Shown here: one piece after another, positions 42,698-56,490 of the stretch
Layout of the letters: every line of letters starts with the position of its first letter
Position numbering within the stretch: position 1 is the stretch's first letter
Source: the human T2T-CHM13v2.0 reference genome, Homo sapiens
Length of the DNA: 64,000 nt
Assembly: GCF_009914755.1 (NCBI RefSeq)
Contig: NC_060935.1
Direction: 5' to 3' (one strand)
Translations under genes and position numbers: made by a program
Notes under the pieces: generated by a model
What the model saw: the letters and a program-made list of their open reading frames with translations, nothing else
Database searches by the model: none
What the model was told of the DNA's origin: nothing

Positions 42698-44489
42698 TAA
42701 ATCTCAGGTGTAAGATTTTAAACATCGATAAGTGATCTGACACCCAGCACCTAATGAAAGCAGGTGCCGGGAAGGGGGACCCTTCTCTGAGATGCCATGC
42801 CCAATGGTGACCACAGTCCTCGCTTCTCAGGATGCCCTGGAGATAGCATGCCATGTGCTGTACATTTAGCCCTCAGCATTCAGAGGGGACATTGCTTTCT
42901 GTCAGTGCTTCAGACTCCTTCAGCTTTTCCTGTGCTTTTGTGCAGCTGAGAAGGTGAAGCATACGGGTATCAAAAGCTGCAAACAGTCCCTACCTCTGGA
43001 GGCAGGCATTTACTAGGAGAAAGAACGGACCAATGGCTTCCCAGAGCATTGTTCAGCCACATTAGAGAAAGGATTAAGCAGATACATTCAGCTATTCTAA
43101 CAGATTTTCTTTAAGCCTTGAATACGCCTCTCACACTCACTCAGATAATCACATTAGTTTTGTCATTAAAAGATCCCTTTTATAGAAAGTACCTAAACCG
43201 CTTAAACCACCCAGAGAGGTTGCATACATTATCAAACACCAAGACAAACAAAAGGGATTTTCTGTCCCACATCTCAGTTTTCCTTTTTCCTCAAAAAATT
43301 TGGGAAATTAAGGTAGAAATGATTTTGCCAAATGGTCAGTGGCTGCAGAGCAACCCTCACTCCTTCCTTCCCTGGATAGTCCCTCTGCAATCAGAACTGG
43401 GAAGACTGGAAAACAACTTCAGCATTGAGGCTGGCAGAAAACAGTTTAGAATGAGATGAAGACAGCAAGGGCAAGGAGGGGGTAGAAAGGAGCGTGCTTG
43501 CCTCTCTGCCACAGGAAATTGCATTTGGAACTGAAAAAGAGTAGAAAAGCACAGGACTTGGAATCAGGCAACTACCACTTACTAGATCTGTGGTCATGGT
43601 TGGGGAGAGAAGGGAGTCACTTCATTTATCTTGCCTCACGGTCCTCATTTATAAAATTGAGACAATACGTATTTCTCCTCTCACTCAGGGTGTTTGTGGG
43701 ACTAAAATGAGAAAAGGTAAGCAGAAGAGTTCTGAGGTCTATAAAGTATGATTCAAGCATTAAAGGGGAGATTTTATTTGTTTCTTTTTTAAATAGGCCT
43801 CATGATAGAAGCTACGTGTTTTGGGGTTTGTTTTGCTTTGATTTTTCACAGTAATGTGTGGTGCCTAACTACTGGCATATAATGAGTGCTTAGCAACTTT
43901 TTCTCAATGAATAGTGCTTTTACTGTCTTTCCCTCAAGTCCCCAACCATACTGCAAACTCTCATCCCTCAAATCGCAGTTTGAATGTTGCTTCTCCTTTA
44001 AAGCCTTCCTCAGAACTTTAGGAGGAGTTCATCACATCTGCATTCACACTCCCACAGCATCCTGAATGCAACACAGATTCTTAGCCCAATGTGTGTAATC
44101 ATCTGACATTGTGACTGTCTTTCCCCATGAGCCTTGAGCTCCTTGAGAACACTGAGCTTTACCTTTAAACAGTTAAACTCCTTAACACTATACCTTCACA
44201 AAGTTGCCGTTGAATAAATGTTTGAGTGAATGAATGATAAGTAAACAAACAATCCAAAGAATTGGGGTTATTTGGCCTAGAAAAGAGGAAGTATCTCAAG
44301 AATCAGTCCCCAAAATTAAGTTTATTAAATTTGCAGATTAATGTCTATACTAGACGTTGTGCTATTGCGCTGTGTAGAGGATAAAGTGTAAGGCTATTGA
44401 GTTAACAATCAGTTTTTCATTTCGTATGCAGGGTAAAACTTGAGGAAAGGGTCTTAAATTATGATGGGAAAAATTTAGATTCGACCTAG

Positions 44490-44698
44490 TTAACATCGAC
44501 ACTATTGCCACTTGGGGCCAGTTAATTCTTTGTTACGGGGGAGCTGTCCTGTGCATTGTAAGATGTTTAGCATCATCCTTGGTCTGTATCAGGGATGTCG
44601 CTGGCACGCCCCCACCCCAGCTGTGACAACTAAAACCATCTCCAGCATTGCCAGCTGTCCTCTAGGAGGCAAAATTGCTACAAATTGAGAACCACTGT
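44490..44698. mobile_element. MER20 DNA transposon
   Basis: CACTATTG..CTGTGCATTGTAAGATGTTTAGCA..TTGAGAACCACTG. Confidence 0.85.
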
Positions 44699-45040
44699 TT
44701 TAGATCTAAAGAACAAACTCAGGTGAGGGTTCTGTGGCATCAGAAAAGGAGACGGAAGAGATGGTAGATCTGAATGTAAGCTCGTTGAAGATAAAGCAGA
44801 TGGGTGTTTTACTGATTTATATTTTACCTTTGAAGGGAGGTAGATTGACCAAATGAACTGACATCATATGGTAACATATGAAATGTCTTCTGTTAACCAT
44901 AAAAGAGACTTCTGAAATAGGAATAATCTGATAGTTCTTTGATGATGAGAGGCCATTTATCAAATCATCTGGCTTCTTCCACTTCTGTAAATTTATTCAA
45001 GGACACTTACTGTACATTATCAGTGTCATGGCACTTCCTA

Positions 45041-45119
45041 TTTTTTATTTTTTATTATACTTTAAGTTCTAGGGTACATGTGCACAACATGCAGGTTTGT
45101 TACATATGTATACATGTGC
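45041..45119 (-). mobile_element. Extremely 5'-truncated L1PA (about 80 bp)
   Basis: TTATTATACTTTAAGTTCTAGGGTACATGTGCACAAC..; 18-bp TSD GTGTCATGGCACTT(C/T)CTA at 45023-45040 and 45120-45137. Confidence 0.93.
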
Positions 45120-46328
45120 GTGTCATGGCACTTTCTATATCTCCTTAGCACACAGCTTCATTTAGAGTTTAGTATCTTGGAGTTATTGATTGACAGTTTT
45201 TTTTTTAACTTTCTTTCTTTAGCTGTGCATCCCTACATTTTAGGAGTTACAAAACAAAGAAAAACAGTTAACACCACTCCACCAAATGAATAGAGGAAAT
45301 TTAGTAAAGATGTCAACCTCTCTGTATTGGAAGAAGCTCCTTGTTGCTTGTCTTGACCCTGCCTCCCATCGCTGAGGAGTCTAGTTCACCTCTAAGCCAA
45401 GTAGGATGAGAGTATATTTGGTGTCTGAGCTCATTTTTGAATCTACTTCATTTGTGTTACCACACATTATTCATTCCCCCTGTTCAACTATCTACTAAGA
45501 CATTTAAACTGGCCAAGAAACATCTATCTAGCAAAATTTTGGCTGAGAGTGTTCCTCCAAATAGAATAATCTATTTCTAAATTAAACCAGATTAGCAAAA
45601 ATGTGTACACCTGTAATATAGTTCCTTTGTTCACTGTAAAATCATTGTTATACTCTGGTGTTATGACTTTCGTTTATACTGAAAGAATGTACAAGTATGA
45701 ATACAATGAAATCTATAAATATGTGAAGAGAGATTAGAGCTCCCACTCATACTTTTCCCATTTCTGAGGTTCTTCCAGTAAGTTCCCGCGTGGGCTTCTC
45801 CAGATTAATTGGTCTGTTTTTATCTGCTGCACAGAGTAAACTGTTTAACTGCTTTTATTTTTGTTTTCTGCTAGAAAGCTTAGAGCCAGATTTTCTTAGC
45901 CCTCATCTTCAGAAAATATGTAGACTTCTATGGCAGTATTTCCCAACAGGTGCTCAGCAGAGCACTAGTTTCTCAAATGTTGCATTTAAAGAGTTTCAGA
46001 TCAAATAAATTTGAGAAATGTCACATTCTTGTTAATTCACAATGAGTGAAATGTTACATGAAAAAGGGTTCTGGATCAAATAAGTTTTGGGGAAAAAAAC
46101 CTTAGTTTTGGAAAGTTTTTTTATTGTTTCACAATGTTTATAGCATATTAAAGGTTTGAGAGATTTGGTAATAAAGATAATCTGTTTAAACTTGTTTCAA
46201 CCATTGCCCATGTTCAAATACTTTTGCTCATGGTATCCCTTTTTTATGTAACACCTGCTAACATCTGGCCTTAACAGCATTCTGCAGAATCCAGTTGATA
46301 AATCCCGCCTTATGGTTTCCATTCCTAG

Positions 46329-46723
<395 letters not shown>

Positions 46724-46819
46724 TCAGTGTGTATCTTTAGATCATCTGAAATCCTTTCAGAACAAAGTGTGACAAAAATACATGAATAACTAATAAACAT
46801 GTTGAGCTGTATGACTTTG

Positions 46820-47398
46820 TGTTGGGATTCACTCAGGATGGTGGCAGAAATATTAAAGGGAAATATTAGGGAAAGTTATAGGGAATAGTCACGAACCTTT
46901 TTGGAAGGCCGAAAGGTTACATAGCTTCTAATAGTTGAACAGGCTGAAGGCAGCCAGTTCTTACCTTACAGCATTAGGTCATAGGGTAAATAGTAGGGAC
47001 AATAGAGGCTTCCCCATTTAAGTCTGTTTACCTTACCTCCATTAACTAACCTTTGAACCAGATGGCCCTCTCCAAGGCGGTGTGGAGGTCTACCAGGAAT
47101 ATTGCCCCCTAATGGTATTTATTTTAAACCGCAGTACCTGAGCTTTAATCATTCGTGGAACTACTCTGTTAACCACGTTAATTATCCACAAGTGTGTGGA
47201 CTCAAAGCTTCTGTTGTTAATTGTATACTAAATAAATGCCTGAAGTGCGAGCTGCTCAGGGCCGGCCACAGTAACAAACCTCTCTTGGTGTGCAGGCAGT
47301 CGGGCACTCAGCAGGACTGGCAAAACAGAATATCTGTGTGTCAGTGTACGTTTTATTCATCTGTCCTTTAGGCCAGGGTCTGCAGGCAGAACCCCACA
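46820..47398 (+). mobile_element. LTR22-family LTR (HERV-K22 / HML-5)
   Basis: Starts TGTTGGGATTCACTCAGGATGGTGGCAGAAATATTAAAGGG, has AATAAA at ~47231, ends ..GGGTCTGCAGGCAGAACCCCACA. Confidence 0.88.
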
Positions 47399-47616
47399 GC
47401 TAATGACCTCTTGTGAGAAGCAATACCTCAACCTTAGGCAAGTAACTTTCACATTTGAGTTTCTTGTTAAAGATGTTAGCCACATTAAACAAACACAAAG
47501 AGATAAATGATCCCAAGATTGCTTTCCAGGTCTGCTGTTGGAAGATTCTATCTTTCCATTCCCATTACTAAAGATAGCAAAGTTTATTGGCACCAACCCC
47601 ACACCCCACCACATCC

Positions 47617-47928
47617 CTTTTTTTTTCTTTTTTTTTTTTTTTTAAGACAGGGTCTCTCTCTGTTGCCCGGGCTGGAGTGCAGTGGCATGATCATGGGCCA
47701 CAGCAGCCTTGACCTCCCAGGTTCAAGTGATCCTCCCACTTCAGCCTCTTGGGTAGCTGGGACTACAGGCATGCACCACCATGCTCAACTAATTTTTTTA
47801 AAGAAATTTTTTGCAAGGCAATACATGATATGGCCCAGGCTGGTTTGGAACTCCTGGGCTCAAGTGATCCTCCTGCCTTGGCCTTCCAAAGTGCTGGGGT
47901 TATAGGTGTACGCTACCACACCCAGCCC
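47617..47928 (-). mobile_element. AluJ
   Basis: Antisense dimer with diverged J-type sequence. Confidence 0.93.
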
Positions 47929-49792
47929 CAACCCATTCTTTGACTCCTTGAATGGCTGTGTTCAATGTTCTGTTCCCACCTAACATCAAGGCAAAATTAC
48001 ATTCAACTACCTTGACAGAGAGTTCCAGCCTGATAGAGTGGAAGAGGGAGCCCGGCACATGCAGTTCAAGTGAGGGTAAATCAGAAAGTCCAAGTTTCAG
48101 AGGTACTGAGTACTGGAGATCCCCTTTCCAAAATCCAGGGAAGCCAAGGGCACAAGGTTACATGGGCACATCAGAGCTCCGAAAGGTACATGGCTATAGA
48201 AAGAGATCAATAGAAATCCTGATCTTTCTGCCCTAAAATGTATTCATTAAATATAAATGTATGGAGGGCCTACTGTGTCCTGCCTGCCAGGACCTGTGCT
48301 AGATTGCTGATCATTAGAAGGAATAAGATATAGTCCTTGTCTTCAGAGAGCTTGGTTTTCCTAAAAACAGGATGAGAACACTAAGCAAAATATTATAACT
48401 TAGGATATGTATACCAACTTAGAGGTGGTCAGGTACTGTTTACAGTGCTAGAAAAGAAGACAGACAATCCCCACCTTGGTGGAGTTTACATTCTAGCAGA
48501 CACACTAAGTGTAAGCCTGGTTCTGTGAGAGCACAGACAAGGAATTACTTCCTTTAGGAAAGCTGGGAGAGACTTCAGAGGGAAGGTAGTCAAATTGTTC
48601 CAGGCTTTAAATGATGCACAGCAGTTTACCAGTAAAAAAAATATTGGAGGTTGGTGCTGAGAAAGGAATTTTAGACAGAAGAGCAGTATTTCAGAATTAT
48701 GAGAAGTTTGGTATACCTGAAGTGCAGGGTTATTAGGAAAGTGAAGGGTGGCAGTAAAAATGGGAAATGAGTCCAGAGAGGTAATTTAAGGAAAGGCTGT
48801 AGTGGGGCTCAAGTGGTGTCTTGGATCAGTGGAGTCCTATGCAGAGGAATTAGGATGTTTGGGTATTTCTTTAAAAAGTATCAGGTTAAAGACAGTACAC
48901 TATAGCTCCTGAAGTATGTTTCTCAAACACTAGCTCCTTGAGCTCATGCTCTGATTGCCATCTACTCACCATGACTCTCCAGCACACACTGAGTCAAATT
49001 CCATTGACTTTCCTTACTAAATCTTTCTCCAATTTTCCCACTTCTCCTCATCTCCATCTCTACCACTCTAGTCAAACCTACCTTCTTCTCTTAACTTGAC
49101 AACTGTGACTGGGGTCTCCTACCTTACTTGCTTGTCCCCTACAATGCCTACTCTACTCTATAGCCAGAGTAGTCCTTTTAAATGAAAATCTGTTCGTGTC
49201 ACTCCCCCGATTAAAGCCCATCAAAGGTTTTTCATCCGCATAATTCTACTTGAATGAGCATTCCCCCTGCCCATGTCTCCATATTCACCTTATGTCACAT
49301 TCTCTGTGGTTGTTTGCCTTCCCATTGCAGGGGCCTTCTTTCAGTTCCTTGAATATGCTACACTCAGGGCTTTTGCATGTGTCATTTACTCCACTCCTCT
49401 TCCTAGTATAGTTCCCATTCATCGTTTAGATCACAGCTAAAATGTAACATCTCAAAAAGGCACTGCTATTCCCCCAGACTACCTTACATTGTCTAAATGC
49501 TAAACATTTAACATTTAGTGTTATGAAGAGTTGGGGCCATTAGATTAGAACATTTAGCAATTAATCTCTATTTTCCTATTAGATTGCAATTAATGTCCTA
49601 ATAAGCTCAACTCTTCGTAACATTTATAATTGTACCAATTCATTGTATAACTTGACATTTCGTGTCTTTCTCCCAGCAGAACACAAACCTTATTAAATTA
49701 GGTGCTGTGTTTGCTTTTTCGCCATTGCATTTTTTAGGTTTTAGACCAATGCCTTATGCCTAGGAGATGCTCTGTTAAGAATAGAAAAAGCT

Positions 49793-50117
<325 letters not shown>

Positions 50118-50609
50118 TCACCATTTTGGAGAGTCACATACTATTTACAGATAAACGAAGCAACTATTTAACTTCATTTGTCCCATTATTTTCCACACTT
50201 GCTCAACTATAGGTATAAGTCTTTCTACTACACAAGTTATTGGCATTTTGTTGGATACCTGTGCTCCAAGAAACACTGTGTGATAGATGTCGTGTGATTG
50301 AGTTGCCTGAACTGCTTCCCCAATCCTAAGAAGTACACCTTTGTAACCATGTTTTCATGGCCCTGTTCTTTCCTAACCACCTGAGAGTTGTGCATTTGTG
50401 AGGTATTGCTCCCTCAGAGGGTCGAGGACACCATTCTAAGAAGTCATTATGGGCATTGTGCGAGTAGAGAAAAGTAAGCTGGTCTGTAGAGGGAGAATAA
50501 AGCAGTCATGGGAAGAGAAGCATTAGGCAGGGCTCCCACACTCAAATGAGTCAGGCAGGATGACAGAAGTAAGATAACTGAATTCAAATTCAAATTCCAG
50601 ATTCTTTCA

Positions 50610-50780
50610 ACTAGGGGCTCTCAAAAGTGTGATGCTCCAGCATCACCTGGGAACTTGTTAGAAATGCACCTTCCCAAGATCCACCCCAAGACATGTTAGA
50701 AACTCTGGGATGGGGCTCAGCAATCAGCATTTTTACAAGCCCTTTTGGGTAATTCTGATGCACGCTTTAGACTGCCTATC
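50610..50780. mobile_element. MER5A DNA transposon
   Basis: CAGCATCACCTGGGAACTTGTTAGAAATGCA..GGTAATTCTGATGCAC. Confidence 0.85.
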
Positions 50781-51424
50781 GAACTGTAGACATCTGACGA
50801 ACAAATCCAAACCACAGTCTGACAATGGGTCACCTCTGTTGAAAGTGAAACAGAACACAGCAGTACTGATTTTTAATGACTTTCCAGACCCTAGTTCTAG
50901 TTCCCCATGATTCCTGGTAACCCAAGTCCTGGAGCTGATCTGGCAGTTTCAAAACATTTCTTTTCCTTAAGCTGGTTTTGTGGGCTTTTGTTGCTTGAAT
51001 CCAAACAAAAATAAAACTGTACCAGTAAAATGAAGCAAACAAAATTTGCCAAAAAGGAGCCCCAGTTCTGCCCCAGTTTTGCCAAAAAGGAGCTGTGAGG
51101 CCGTAGATAAGTTCCTTCTCTCTAAGCTACAATTCTATCCCTTACAAAATGATGCAGTTGAACTGGATATCTCAGGGGCCTTCACCCTCTACTATGCTGG
51201 CTTAGACACTGGCTCCTCTGGATAACCTCTTGGCGCTACAGATTCCTTATGAAGGTTCTCCTAAGTTACTTTAGTTCTACCCATTGACTCCAGGCAGTTA
51301 AAGTAACAAAAACAGAAAATAAAAAGCACCCAATTCTTTCTAAGCTCTTGGGAGCTGAAAAAAATAAAAATAGAAAGCACTCAAGTCTCCATGTCTCTCT
51401 TTCCCTGTCAGTAAAAAGTGCAGT

Positions 51425-51430
51425 TTTATT
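51425..51430 (-). terminator. PRCP: Distal PRCP polyadenylation signal AATAAA
   Basis: TTTATT on plus, followed on the minus strand by U-rich tracts (plus A-rich ~51300-51375). Confidence 0.55.
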
Positions 51431-52844
51431 AGAGGGATGCTTTAAATAATAAGGCTTATCTGACACTCCAATTCTTTTTCATGTTAAAATTAAACCTTAG
51501 CATATTATAATTATACTCACTTCAATTAAGGCTGCTATCTATATTCCTAAAATGCATACAGTAATAGGATACAATTATGCTTGCCAAAAAATTCTATTTT
51601 TTGCAGTTTGTTTCTTCAGAATAATGTAACTCATCCAAATAATCAACATCAAATAAAATGGCAAAGTATTTTAAAGATTCTACACAAGGGAAAAACCCTA
51701 AAATCGTAAAATAAATTGTAAGAATATCCTCTATTGAGCCCATAAACCCTGCATTATTTAATTTCTTAGTTGACAAAGAATAAAAACTAGTATTGTTTTG
51801 GCCCTTAAATTCCCACCCAAATCGATTGTTCTGTGATGCTGAAACAAAATAGTTACCAAATGCTTTGATAGACAACTCATTACAATGAGAACTGAAGGCT
51901 CCCAAAATAAGACAAAGATTTTCCTGTATCTCCCAGATGCCAGGGAAAGTAAAGGAAATATTTCAGCTTTCCATCCCAAGAATGAACTCTATATATGCCC
52001 TTAAAAAAAAAAAATGCCATAAAAATGATCAAGCTCAAGGTACAGTTTTTTAAAAGCAGAAAATGTTCCCAAGGCAGGGTGAAGAAAAAAAAATTATTGA
52101 GAGAAAATGAAAAGAAACAAGGAGGAAGAAATCTTTCAACAGAGTAGAAACTGTTAGTCTCTCTCTCTCTGTCTCTCTGTGTCCCTGAAAGGTTTTGATC
52201 CAACCCTATTTGTTATCCTAGAAAAGCTCTCTGAAGAAAGGTCTCAGTGTAAGAACTGCTTGAAAGAAGCCAACCCCTTGGAAATAGGAATGGCTTGGCC
52301 ATTTATTAATGTCAAATATGCTGCCTGCATGAATTAGTCAGCTTGTCTTTTGGAAGTCATACAGAAAAGTTCTTGTGCACCTGCCTGTTAGTGTCTAACA
52401 CTTCTGGTTTTAATGACAGCAGTAACAACTATCAGAAAATAAAATTTTAAAAATTTAAAAGCTGAATATTACTATATTCTACTTTTGGAATAGCTGATTC
52501 ATCAATTTTTAAAGGCTTCTTACTGAAATATAATTAGTGACTACAGCATAAAGCTTGCTCAGATTTAAAAAGACAAAACAGAGTCATTTTCCTAAACTGG
52601 CAGAATTCAAACAAATTAAAACTGACCTTAGAAACAAAGAGAAATGGAGCAGAAAAAGGCCAGATTTCTTACTGGCAGTACCACAGTGGCCAACATCCCA
52701 GAACTAAGAAAAGCTGCCAAGTGGAAGAGAAAAAATTAAAGGACTTTCCAAAAACAGCTAAGCCCAGTGCACACAGCATTTCCATCAGCCGGAGTTGAAG
52801 TGAGCTTCAGAAGCAACACACAGGTATAAGGTCCAGCTGTATTA

Positions 52845-52850
52845 TTTATT
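52845..52850 (-). terminator. PRCP: Proximal PRCP polyadenylation signal AATAAA
   Basis: TTTATT on plus, about 520 nt after the stop. GU-rich downstream element on the minus strand (CCTGTGTGTTGCTT, plus ~52811-52824). Confidence 0.7.
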
Positions 52851-53365
52851 TACAGCACAGTTCAAAGTCATTAAATCCGGTACAAAAGAAATGGCTCTCA
52901 CTTCCTGGATTGGCACCAGACATCCTACCAGCTGCAATTACATCATTTTTTATCTATCTTCTGCTTTTACTTTGTGTAGGGTAGGGATGGGGACTTACAA
53001 ATGGGCCAAAGACACTTCAACCTCAAAACCAAAGAGAAATCTCTGCTTGCAGAGATACAAAGAAAGTAACTCTCCCTCTTATGAAAAGCAACCAGGAACT
53101 CTACTCCAGTTATGAGGGCCACTGATGGTGTGGGAGAGCTATCAAGAAGATTCTTCCTAGACGTGGTGCAAAGACAGTGAGAACCCAGGAAATCACATTC
53201 ATGGGACACTTGCTCTTACCGTCATCACCCTCTATTCTATCTCAACTTTGGCCCCATCAAATCTAATGATAAACAAAAGAAGGTAATTACATGTAGAAAA
53301 TCAAAGTGAATGGGAATGTGGTGGTGTGAACATAAAAGAAGAAATTGAAAACAATCAAAAGTTTC

Positions 53366-53582
53366 TCAGTGCTGCTTTCCCGCACTGTCATAGAAATCTC
53401 TGATCCAATTCTTCATATGTCTAACTTCCAAGGAGCGGGCTAACAGCACAGACATAGGATCCAAGGCATTCTTGGTGCGGAGATCTAAGTGGTGGGCCCC
53501 CTCTGAGATGGTGACTGCAACCAGAGTGTCTGTGATATCCTTAGTTACTCCACCTCCTGACCAGGGGTCTAGTTCACCATTG
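53366..53582 (-). CDS. PRCP: PRCP terminal coding exon (prolylcarboxypeptidase / lysosomal Pro-X carboxypeptidase, peptidase S28), last 71 aa plus stop
   Basis: Manual minus-strand translation: (S)NGELDPWSGGGVTKDITDTLVAVTISEGAHHLDLRTKNALDPMSVLLARSLEVRHMKNWIRDFYDSAGKQH*, the recognised human PRCP C-terminus. It contains the NGxxDPW catalytic Asp (D430) and GAHHLDL catalytic His (H455) motifs. Preceded on the minus strand by a polypyrimidine tract and CAG acceptor (plus-strand CT at 53583-53584, phase 2). TGA at 53366-53368. Confidence 0.98.
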
Positions 53583-53947
53583 CTGCAAGTGAAAAAAAGA
53601 AGAAAAAATAAAGTTGTTAGTTTTTCATGTTAACACTCAGATAAGCTAGAAGAAACCTATTACATGTTTAACACCTAAAATTATAAACTTGTAACCTGGG
53701 GGATTTGATCTGAGGATCTAATTTATCATATGGATAGATACTTCATACTGGAGTTTTGCAATATTCATGCAACCAGGTGCAAAAAAAGAACCAGAGATAA
53801 TTGAAGGAGGCGTTCCCACAAATCAACCTAGACTGTACTGGGATATGAAATTTAGAAACCTGAATTTCAATCCTGATTTCATTATTCAAAAGTTATATAA
53901 TGCAAGTTACCTGACTCAGTTTCCTCATCTGTAAAATGGAGATAACA

Positions 53948-54062
53948 TGCCAGGCGCAGTGGCTCATGCCTGTAATCTTTGCTCTTTGGGAGGCCAAGAT
54001 GGTGAATCGCTTAAGCCCAGGAGTTCAAAACAAGCCTGGGCAACATGGTGAAACTCCGTCTT
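53948..54062 (+). mobile_element. Alu left monomer followed by a GGA-rich tract
   Basis: GCCAGGCGCAGTGGCTCATGCCTGTAATC.. Confidence 0.88.
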
Positions 54063-54414
54063 CTCGAGGGAGGGAAGAAGGGGGAAAGGGAGGAAAGAAG
54101 AAAGGGAGGGAGGGAGGGAGGAAAGGAGAAGGCTGCATTTTTTATCTAATATAGTACAGTACTTTGGGAAACAGGATGGTAGATCTAAAAAATGTCACCA
54201 GGATCTGGAATCCGAAAATTTGGGCATTACACGAAAATCTTCATTTTACATTAGCTTTAAAGTTAAGGAAATGCTACTAGGTTTTTAGTCTCAGCTGGTT
54301 CACACAACACAATTCAGAATAATGTAAAGAGAATCAGTCACTGAAACTGAGTATCTACTTTCACTGAGTAAAAAATCCAATACAACCACAGACAGCATCC
54401 CTAATAATATTTCT

Positions 54415-56490
54415 GAACAGTTTTGTTGAGATATAATTCATCTACCACAGAATTTGTCCATCTAAAACACATAATTCGATGGTTTTTAGTATACTCAGAG
54501 TTGTGCAACCAGCACCACAATCCATTTTAGAACACTTTCGTCACCCCAAATAGAAACCCATACTCATTAGCAGTCACTCCCCATCTTCCTGCCTTGCTCT
54601 CAGCCTCAGGAAACCATGAATCTATTTTCTGAATCTATAGATTTGCCTATTCTGGACATTTCATACAAATGGAATTAAATAGTAGGCGGTCTTTTGTAAC
54701 TGGTCTCTTTCACTCAGCGTAATGTTTTCAAGTTTCACCCATGTTGTGGCATGAATCAGTACATGTTCCTTTTTATTGCCAAATAATATTTCATTTATGG
54801 ATACATCATGTTTTATTTATCTCTTCATCATTTGATGCACGTTTGTATTGTTTCCACTTTTTGGCTAATGAGTACTGCTCCTTTGAACATTCACATACAA
54901 GTTTTTGTGTGGATGCATGATTTCACTTCTCTTAGGCATATACTTAGGAATTTCTAGGATATATAGTAACAACCTATTAATTAGCTACCAGACTACTTTC
55001 CAAAGGGACTACACCATTTTATATTCCCAGTAGCAACATTTGAGGGTTCCACTTTCTCTACATCTTCAACACTTATTATTATCTGTCTATTTTAGACATC
55101 CTAAGCTAGTAAGTATTAAATGGTATTTCACTGTGGTTTTAATTTGCATTTCCCAAGAGACTGATGGTATTTAAACATCTTATGTGCTGATTGGCCATTT
55201 TTATATCTTCTTTGGGAAAATGCCTAGTCATATCTTTGTTCATTTTTTAACTAGGGTTATATATCTTTCTATTTTTGAGTGAGAGCTCACACTCTCTTAA
55301 CTTGTGTGTTGTAGAGTAACAAAAGCATGAGCTTTGGGATCAGACACACTTTGGTTCCAATTTCAGGTCTGCCTCTCATCTGCCTAATCTCATGGAAACA
55401 GATTCCTTAGGCAAAAAACTGGCACTGAAATACCTGGATCTAAGTACTCAGCCCATTGCAAGCATTAGATCATTTTCCCCTTGCATGGCACTCTTGGCAT
55501 ATCTTTACCCACATACCACTGGAAATTACTTATAGAACATTTTTATGGGTGTCCTAATATTTGTTTAATGCAAACTCCGTTTTGCTGGTATTGTTTACAA
55601 AGCCTTATCTATTCTAGATACAAGTCCCTTATCAAATATATGACTTGCAAATATTTTCTCCCATCCTGTAGACTATCTTCTAACTTTCTTGATAGTATCA
55701 TTTGCAGCACAAGTTTTTCATTTTCATGAAGTCGATTTATCTATTTTTTCTCATTGTTTATGTTTATGGTATGGTATCCAAGAAACTGGTGTCTAACCCA
55801 CGGTCATGAAGATTTGTTCCTATGTTTTCCTCTATGAGATTTATCATTTTAGCTCTTATATTTAAGCCTTTGACCTATTCTGAGTTGATTTTTTTGTTAT
55901 AGTATGAAATAGGGAGCCAACCTCATTCTTCTGCATGCGGATCTCCAGTTTTCCCAGCATCATTTGTTGAAAAAACTATTCTTTTCTCAATGAATTGTCT
56001 TGCCACTTTTGTTAAAAATCAATATGCCATACATATAAGGTTTGACTTCTGGACACTCGATTCTCTTCCACTTGTCTATATGTCTATCCTTATGCCAGTA
56101 TCACACTGTATTGACTGTAGCTTTGTAATAAGTTTGAAATCAGGAAGTGTGAGTTCTTCAAGTTCGTTCTTCCTTTTCAAGATTGTTTTGGCTATTCTGG
56201 GTCCCATATATTCCTATATGAATTTCAGGATCAGTTTGTCAATTTCTATTTTTTTAAAAAAAAGTCCAGCTGGAAATTTGACAGAGATCACGTTGAATCT
56301 GTGGATCAACTTGAGGAGTATAGTCATCTTAATAGTATTAATTCTTCTAATACATAAATATGAGATGTCTTTCCATTTAAAGGAAGCAATTTTTAATGTC
56401 TTTGTTTCCAATGTATATATCTTGCACTTCTTTTGTTAAATTTATTCCAAAGCATTTTATTCTTGATGCTATTTAAATCAAATTTTTCCC
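54415..56490 (-). mobile_element. L1MB-type element, interrupted by a ~320-bp non-L1 insert at 55284-55605
   Basis: 3' end TTGAGATATAATTCA..TTGTGCAACC and ORF2 remnant (KWKDISYLCIRRINTIKMTILLKLIHRFNVISVK). Confidence 0.9.

Larger units (their letters stand above)
51400..53365 (-). other. PRCP: PRCP 3'UTR (up to the most distal of three AATAAA signals)
   Basis: Unique sequence directly after the stop codon. Minus-strand AATAAA (plus TTTATT) at 52845-52850, 52302-52307 and 51425-51430. The distal end is approximate. Confidence 0.75.
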
